From: the human T2T-CHM13v2.0 reference genome, Homo sapiens
Assembly (NCBI RefSeq): GCF_009914755.1
Contig: NC_060925.1
Direction: 5' to 3' (one strand)
DNA: 64,000 bases
Each line of letters opens with the position of its first letter. Positions within the stretch are counted from its first letter, which is position 1. Made by a program: the position numbers and the translations under genes. This document shows positions 55,870 through 64,000 of the stretch, piece after piece. The notes beneath the pieces are model-generated. The model did not search any database. It saw only the letters and a list, made by a program, of their open reading frames with translations, and was not told the origin of the DNA.

Positions 55870-56200
55870 ACCAGATTTAATGGAGCGTTTCTGCTGTTCT
55901 TTTCACAGTGTTGTGGCTCTTAATAGGCTCCCCTGGCGGGCCGTTCAGAGCCCACGCTGCCTCTGAGCAGCTGCTGTGCTGAGCGAGAGAGCAAGCGGCT
56001 CGTTTGCAGACCACGTGCCTGTCGCCTTCTTAGGAAGCCATCACGGCACGTCCTGGAACAGGCTCCCGAGGAGGCATCACAGTTTAGCGTAATTCGTCAA
56101 CTTCACAGCTGCTACTTGGGAGGGAGGGGGCCAAGGAAGCCAGCGCCAAGCCACTCAGGAATCTCAGTAGCATTCCCCAGGCCAGCAGAGAGAAGGTGAG
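55870..56200 (+). promoter_or_regulatory. CpG-retaining unique segment; candidate enhancer and/or non-coding exon (55909-56195)
   Basis: 14 CpGs in ~213 bp; acceptor ttctgctgttcttttcacag and donor aag|gtgagc; CACGTG E-box at 56012-56017. Confidence 0.4.
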
Positions 56201-56354
56201 CCCCAGCAGGAGTAGGCAGAGCTTCCAACGTGCTGCTAGCTTCACCTCCAGCCCTGGCCAAGATCTCTACTTGCCCTGAGGGTGCCAGCAGACTGGAAAC
56301 TGAGGGAAACAGCTGGGTCTTCAGGGTCAGAGAGAGTGGATTCAAGCCTCCTCA

Positions 56355-56423
56355 TCATCCATAATCTATGTTGTAACAAGCTTTTCGGTGATTCTGATGC
56401 ACACTAAAGTTTGAGAACACCTG
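56355..56423. mobile_element. MER5A fragment
   Basis: taacaagcttttcggtgattctgatgcacactaaagtttgagaacacctg terminus. Confidence 0.7.
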
Positions 56424-56965
56424 GTCAAGCCTCCCCCACCCCCACCCCAGTGGTCTCCCCATTTCTCCACCTTGGCCTCTCCCTAGGATTACCCTGACCT
56501 CCTGACAATCTAGCAACTAAAAAGTCAGCGCCTGGCACAAGAGCAAGCTCCAGGACCTTGCTCCAGCTGCCTCCATTCTGTTTGGTCAGTGCCCATTATT
56601 ATACCATATGAGGTCTGCCTATCCCATGGGGTTGTTGTGGGCATTAAATAAATAATGCCTGTAGGGTGCAAAACAGAACACCTGGCATAAAGAAAGCACT
56701 TGACTGGTGGAAGATACTTTGATGTTATTTTGGGGGTCTCTTACTTTCTTTGCAACCTCTGGATGCACAGTTCTGCCCTGGGCCAATTTCCCCTTTCTTG
56801 TCTTCCTTCCCTCTGCGGCAAAGAGCCAGCCTGCTTGCCGGCTTCCAGTGGTCACCAGAGCTTCCTCAGCCTAACCCACCTAGGAACATCACAGCATCTC
56901 TGTTTTCCACCCCATCCATCCTATTCCAAAAGAAAACATGTAACCTCAAAAAGTTAATGTTTTTT

Positions 56966-58378
<1,413 letters not shown>

Positions 58379-58671
58379 GGTTCATTGATTTCTAATGTTT
58401 TTTTCTCTTCTGTTTTGTTTTAGTAGCAAAGAGACAAAGGGAAAAATAAGAAATATTTAGTGAAAGTGAATGTTACAAGCACTCTAAAAGGCCTCACAGT
58501 GGAAGTTCTCCTGAGGTCTAGGGACAGAGTGCAGATGTCTTTCACAAGTCCCCCAACTCCTGTCTTTCATTTCCATTCATCCACACCTTGATTAAAAGCT
58601 CCATCCTTAGATAAGGAACTCCCCAGGCAAACTTCCTCAAAACAGTTTTTTGTTCCAATAGACAAATGATT

Positions 58672-58850
58672 AGCATTTCTCAACACCTTTGGGCCCACTG
58701 GCCTCTCTGAGAATCTAATCAAAGCCACAGGCCCATCCCCATTAAAATGCGTATAGACACATAAGCCCACACTCTTACATGCCCTCTCAGGGTGTTCACA
58801 GACTTCCCGAAGCCCATCCAACATTTGGTGCCACCAAATTAAGGGACCCT
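58672..58850. mobile_element. MER117 hAT-Charlie MITE
   Basis: ctgagaatctaatcaaagc...tcagggtgttcacagacttcccgaagcccatcca...ttaagggaccctg. Confidence 0.75.
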
Positions 58851-59149
58851 GCTGGAGAAGAATAAAAGAAAGAACAGAGCTGCTAACAGGCAATCAGGCA
58901 GGGCACTAAGGAGCAAAGTTAAAGGCATTCTCTTTTCAAAGAAAAACCCAAATTCACAATTTCTGATCTTCAAAGCCCCTGAGACCACTCTCTTGTCAGC
59001 ACCTTGCTCTTTTGAGATTTGGGGAGAAAATAAAGAAATGCAGTCCTCCTCCCGCTGCAGCAGCACCGCCCTCTCAGCTCTGCCCCACAAGGCCTCCTAG
59101 TGGGCCATCAGTGGGCTTGCTGTCTGGGGCCTTCGTGGTTGACACAGGA

Positions 59150-59230
59150 GGCAGGTTAGGGCTAGGGCAAGGTGAGTAAAAAACTCATGGTGCAAAATGT
59201 AAGGGGACACTCACTCTCTGGGCTCTGCAG
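59150..59230. mobile_element. MER96-like hAT MITE half
   Basis: ggctagggcaaggtgagt...gtgcaaaatgtaaggggacactcactctc. Confidence 0.5.
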
Positions 59231-60639
59231 AGAAGTCCATCTAGGAGACATTTGGCCAGTAGCATTCACCATCTATGGAAAGAGTCAGCTGCCAGGAGGG
59301 TAGAAAACTTTGGCCCAACCAAGATAGAGTTGGTTTGTACCAACCACAGCCACCTCAAAGCAGAGCTCTCTGGCATTTCACCAGCTCTCAGACCACCTCT
59401 GGTGACCTTTGAAAGTGAGGACAGTCCAGCTCCCACATGGGAAAGAGAGCAGGGACCTTGTTATCACTTGACACAGAGCCCCAGAGAAGCTGGCTGGGAG
59501 CCCTGAGGAGAGGGTCTTTCTCCATCCCCCTCCTGGGGTGGTGGCAGTCACGCTTGCTGGAGTGGCTCCTTCCCTGTGGTGAGATGAAGGGACCACCTCC
59601 AGGAGGTCTGAGTGTGGACACTGGGGCCTGGTCTTCACACACAGTCCTCTTTCTCTTCAGCACCATTCACATGCAGCCTCCATGAGCTCACCCAAGTCCT
59701 TCCCATGGCTCCTGGGCATTCACACCACCCCTTTCCCTCTAGAAATAGATTCCACTGCCCCACAATCTTCAGCTCTGGGCTCCCTCCCTCTCCTCCCCTC
59801 TCCCCATCTGTCAGCTGCCTGAGGCTTCTCCAGTCTCCCCAGGCCTAGGAAATACCAGCCCACCAGAGGAGGGGCAGAGCCCACCCACCCACCTTCTGCC
59901 CCAACCCTGTGGCTGCGGTGGCTGAGGATAGGGGAGGGAAGTGTTGTAGAACAGACAGTAACTGAGAATGGCAGGGGAAAGGATCATCAACAGCTACTCA
60001 GGTGCGAAGCTGGTGAGCCCTGGAAAGTTAAATGGGGTGTGAAATTCATCCTTCCATGTCTTCCAGAAGTGGGAGTCTTCACATGCTGGGTGCCCCAGCC
60101 CAGTCAGCCAAGGAGGCAGAACAGGTGAGGCCAGCAAATCCTCACTTAGGGGGAGACTCCCCCTTCCTCTACCACGCACCTCTTTGTTCTCCTAACCTTC
60201 GCCCCATTACCCAAACTTCATCCCATTGCCCTGTCACTATTGTTATGTCAGGCCTTGGAAAAGACTGATGCTGAGGTCACTGGAGGAGATGGGGGAGCAC
60301 ACATGTGCCCCCCCTACACACACACGCAGACACACGAGTAACCTAGAACTTGAAGGGTTTTTTCCTAACCCCCATCCCTTAGGGAAGGCGGTTTTAGGAT
60401 TTTCAGAATTTTCAGGGATGGGAGAGTGAAGGCAATGAGCCTACACAAAAGTTGTCCTATGAATGATGAGACTATAAATAATTTAAAGTCTTCCTAACAA
60501 GGACTTGTTGTGCCATGGAAGGCTTGAGGAAGACAGGACAGGAGTTCAGAAGTCAGCCATGTGACTTCATGATTCTCTGTCGCTCCTCACTTGGAGGCAT
60601 CTCACGGTATGTCTTGCCTTCCTGGACCTCTGGTTCGTG

Positions 60640-61001
60640 ACATAAATATTTATTGAGCATCTTCATTGTGACAGGAACTGTGCTAAGTATTGGAGATCAA
60701 ACTAATAATAGCTACATGCTTTTTATGTGTGGGCATAAAAGTTCCACGTGTTCTAAGCACTTTGCTTATGTTATCTCACTTAATTCTCACAATAACCCTA
60801 AGAGGTAGACACTTTACAGATGAGGACCCTGAGGCACAGAGAAATTAAGTAAAATGCCCATAGTCACCCAGCTAGAAAGTGGTGGGACGGGGTTTGGACC
60901 CAAGTTGTCTGGTCTCAGACCATGCTCTTTACCACTATTGTATACTCCCTCTCAGACAAAAACAGACACACTCCTTGCTTCATGGACCTCACAGTCTAGT
61001 G
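60640..61001 (-). mobile_element. L2 fragment interrupted by MIR (60705-60945) and followed by MER58A
   Basis: aaatatttattgagcatctt...tgtgctaagtattggagat, resumes agacaaaaacagacacactccttgcttcatgga; MIR core tttacagatgaggaccctgaggcacagaga. Confidence 0.75.
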
Positions 61002-61215
61002 CTAAGTATGCCCCATGGGCCAAATCGGGTCCACTGCCTGTTTTTATAAAGAAAGCTTTATTGGAACACAGCCACGCTTGTTTGTTTACCTATTATCTAT
61101 GTCTGCTTTCATACTACAATGGCAGAATTCAGTGGTTGTGACAAAAACTGTATGGTCCACAAATCTCTAAAATATTTGCAATATGGCCTTTTGTAGAAAA
61201 ACTTTGCAACTCCTG
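61002..61215 (+). mobile_element. MER58A hAT-Charlie MITE
   Basis: gggccaaatcgggtccactgcctgtttttataaagaaagctttattggaacacagccacgc...tttgcaactcctg; 8-bp TSD gtctagtg/atctagtg. Confidence 0.88.
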
Positions 61216-61961
61216 ATCTAGTGGAATAGAACCATCTTGCCTTTCCCTGGGACATCAGGAGGACACATGAGGTGATGGTAGAGACAACACCTTGAGCTCA
61301 TTAGTCTGAGGAGTCCCAGTGAAACACAGCCAGAGTATGCCCAGCCTATTCATCCAACTACCATTCCACCTCCAGGATGGCCAGCCAGGATGTCTCGGGA
61401 GCAGCCTGCTCCTAATTGTTCCCACTATCACTCAGTGCCTAAGCCCAGGGGAGAAACACCAGGCATTGGCTGGCAAGAATCATAGCTAGCTACAGTCAGA
61501 GGATCCACCTAAAAGAGGGAATCAATACGTTCTCTGGGACCTAGACACTGCAGGCAGCTTGGGAGACGGTGAACTCTGCCTCCACCCAGTGGGTTGCTCA
61601 TTGATCTACCTAATCATTCAACATTCAATAAGCATTCACTATGGGCCAGGTCCAGAGTGAGTGCTGTGCTCACAGGGAGTCATGCTACGGATATGGCTCA
61701 GACAAAATCACACATTGGACAAGGATTAGACAAAAAACACCATACTATTCCTCCTAATTCTCGATGCTATGCTTTGATGTTCTCCTAGGGTTTGCATCTT
61801 TGCAAGGAAGGCCTCCAAATTTAGGTCTCAGGTGGTACGCAGGAGAGGATCAAATTTGAGTAAAGCTGCCCCACTACTTTTCTTGCTTCCAAGGCAAGCT
61901 TCCAGCTCTTTCCAAACCTACCCCCATTAGATTGCAGAGCAGCTCTCTCAGCAAATATTAC

Positions 61962-62025
61962 AAATAGATATGGAAATATATATTTCCATATATATTTTTC
62001 CACATATATATTCCATATATATAGT
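61962..62025. repeat. AT-rich palindrome / (TA)-rich low complexity
   Basis: Perfect 24-bp palindrome atatggaaatat|atatttccatat at 61968-61991. Confidence 0.85.
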
Positions 62026-63599
62026 GTACAATAAGCCCCAGATTATTCTATTCAGCCATGATTAAATGGCAGCTAATGAAAAAAACATTCAGAACAAACA
62101 TGAAGTAAAGAAGCTGTTGACATAAGTGCTTTGAAGATGTGAAACCTCAGGCTAGCATGGGACTGCTTAGACAGATGAAAAAGGTGAGAACATATTTACA
62201 TATCTGATACAAAATTTAGGTTAAATGCATACTTTTTCTCTATCTTGTCATTGTTGAGTTTCCATCTAGGTCTATTTCTTAAAAAAATGCAAATAACTTT
62301 TCTACAGTATTGAATGGTTTAAGAGCTCTAAGATGTGTTGACTTATTAACTAGTAGACCACTGAAGTTTGCTATAGGAGACAACATGTGTTAAAATATTT
62401 GCTGTAGAAAATTGTTCCCTGAAAGTAGCTAAGCTGTGTTTATCAAAGCAGGTTAAATTTTCTCACCAGCCTTGCCATCATTAATCTACTGACTACGACC
62501 TCCCTAGTCTTGTTATAATTCAACCAGTGAAAACGACTCGGCAGAGCCTCTTAAAATTAGGAGCATGACTAAAGGCATTCCTTCCCTAAAAATGGGTTAT
62601 TTTGAAAGTAAAATAAACAAGTGTTTCTAACAGATTAACTTTAAAACACCATGTAAAATCTCGATTTTCCATGACAGGGGAATTCTCATATAAGGAAGTT
62701 TAATGAGACTCTGCCTAAAGAATTTTCCCTTTCTAGCGCCAACACATTAGCAGATCTTTAGGTCACCAGGGTGTATTTCTAGAGGCCCAGCTGCTGCTTA
62801 TTCCTCCTACTTCATTCCAATTCTGAGAAAAATACACAAAGTGCATCTTTTCCACAAGCCACTAGCCAGAATCCTCATTACCTTTCCTGGAGCTCATCAC
62901 CACAGAAGACTCTGGGAAAACTGGCAGGGAGGCTGGAGCATGGGGAAGCTCCTGGGAGGACTCTCGCTGTTCTCTGACCTAGCCCAGAGCCTTCCTGAGC
63001 CAGAGACCTAGGACTGGAGAAGTAATTTGCTTTTTAATATATTTCTCCCCTCAGACAGGATCAGAGAAGTGGTGATGGCTGTTGCTGAAAGCTTTATGGG
63101 TTAGACACAAACATTAATGGAATGACAGCTGGAAAGAGACAAATATAACATTATTATGCCAGGCTTCTCTCAGGGGAGCTGGTTAGATGGCCACAGCAGG
63201 CATACCAGAAAACCATGTGGTGGCATCCATCAGTGGCCTCCCAGGCCAGGCGTGTCCAAACTAGAATGAATGACTTCTTCCGGATACATCCTGCACACAT
63301 TCCAAGAAAAAGCAGGGACATGCTGAAGGTGTGGCTTGCATGGCCCAAGAAAAGACACAGAGGAGGGCTAGGTTTTGAATAATCAATTGCTCAGGTGAAA
63401 ACAGCTGAAACTGTTCTCAGTTTCTGGGCGAGGCTAAACTGGGAAGCAGCTATGTACCAGAGAGGCATCAAATCCTCATCTATTCTCAGGCGCTAAAAGA
63501 CACCCAGGCATCCCAGGGGCAGCCCACCACCTCCCTTCCCACAGAGAAAACACCCAACTCAAGATAAAAACCTCCAGGGGGGAAGTGTCTTCCTCCCAC

Positions 63600-63732
63600 C
63601 CCTTGCTTTTCCCTTCCTTTCTGTGTTTTGCACCATCTTAGCTGCTGCCTATCTCTCCTTTTCTTCCTCTCCCCTTCACTCCTTCCACTTTCCTTCTCCC
63701 CAACACCCCCCTGACTCCCTCTCTACTCCCTT
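63600..63732. repeat. Pyrimidine-rich low-complexity tract
   Basis: C/T-dominated run. Confidence 0.6.
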
Positions 63733-64000
63733 AGTCTGGTGACCTCTGCCTGTTCACCGGAGGCTTCAAATGCTCACAGACAGGAGTTTCTCCCAAACTC
63801 AGGAGAAAAAGATGTTTCTCAGTAGACAGACTTGCTAGTGAAAAGAGCCAACACCATGAGGAAGCCCAGGGCTGAATCAGGGGGTCTTTCTCAGCCTTGA
63901 CCTCTTCTTTGTATCTCTACCTTGTTGGGAAGGCTGCAAGATACAGTGTCAGGACACGGGCCTTTAAGACAGAGACACTGAGGCTTGAATCCTGGCTCTA

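Noticed and set aside
59656-59676. REST/RE1 site (TTCAGCACC)
   Set aside because: Only the left half-site is present; the GGACAG right half is missing.

Overview
Primate (most likely human/hominoid) intergenic or intronic DNA. I find no intact protein-coding gene, RNA gene or CRISPR array, and almost all ORFs in the track are chance ORFs or repeat-derived. The window is dominated by transposon fossils. These include a near-full-length but inactivated L1PA4-like LINE-1 (20.9-27.0 kb) inserted into an Arthur1/MER69 hAT element, and a 6.4-kb two-LTR ERVL-class provirus (LTR33-like, 5.8-12.2 kb) carrying five nested insertions. There is also a twin-primed 5'-inverted L1MA, five Alus, several MaLR/ERVL solo LTRs, hAT MITEs and many MIR/L2 relics. 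Repeat-free stretches contain candidate regulatory elements: CTCF-like motifs, a CpG-retaining segment bounded by splice signals, and homeodomain/TALE motif clusters. Subfamily names come from recalled consensus sequences, not from a database search. I cannot support a previously undescribed biological system here; the best leads are structural or regulatory curiosities.
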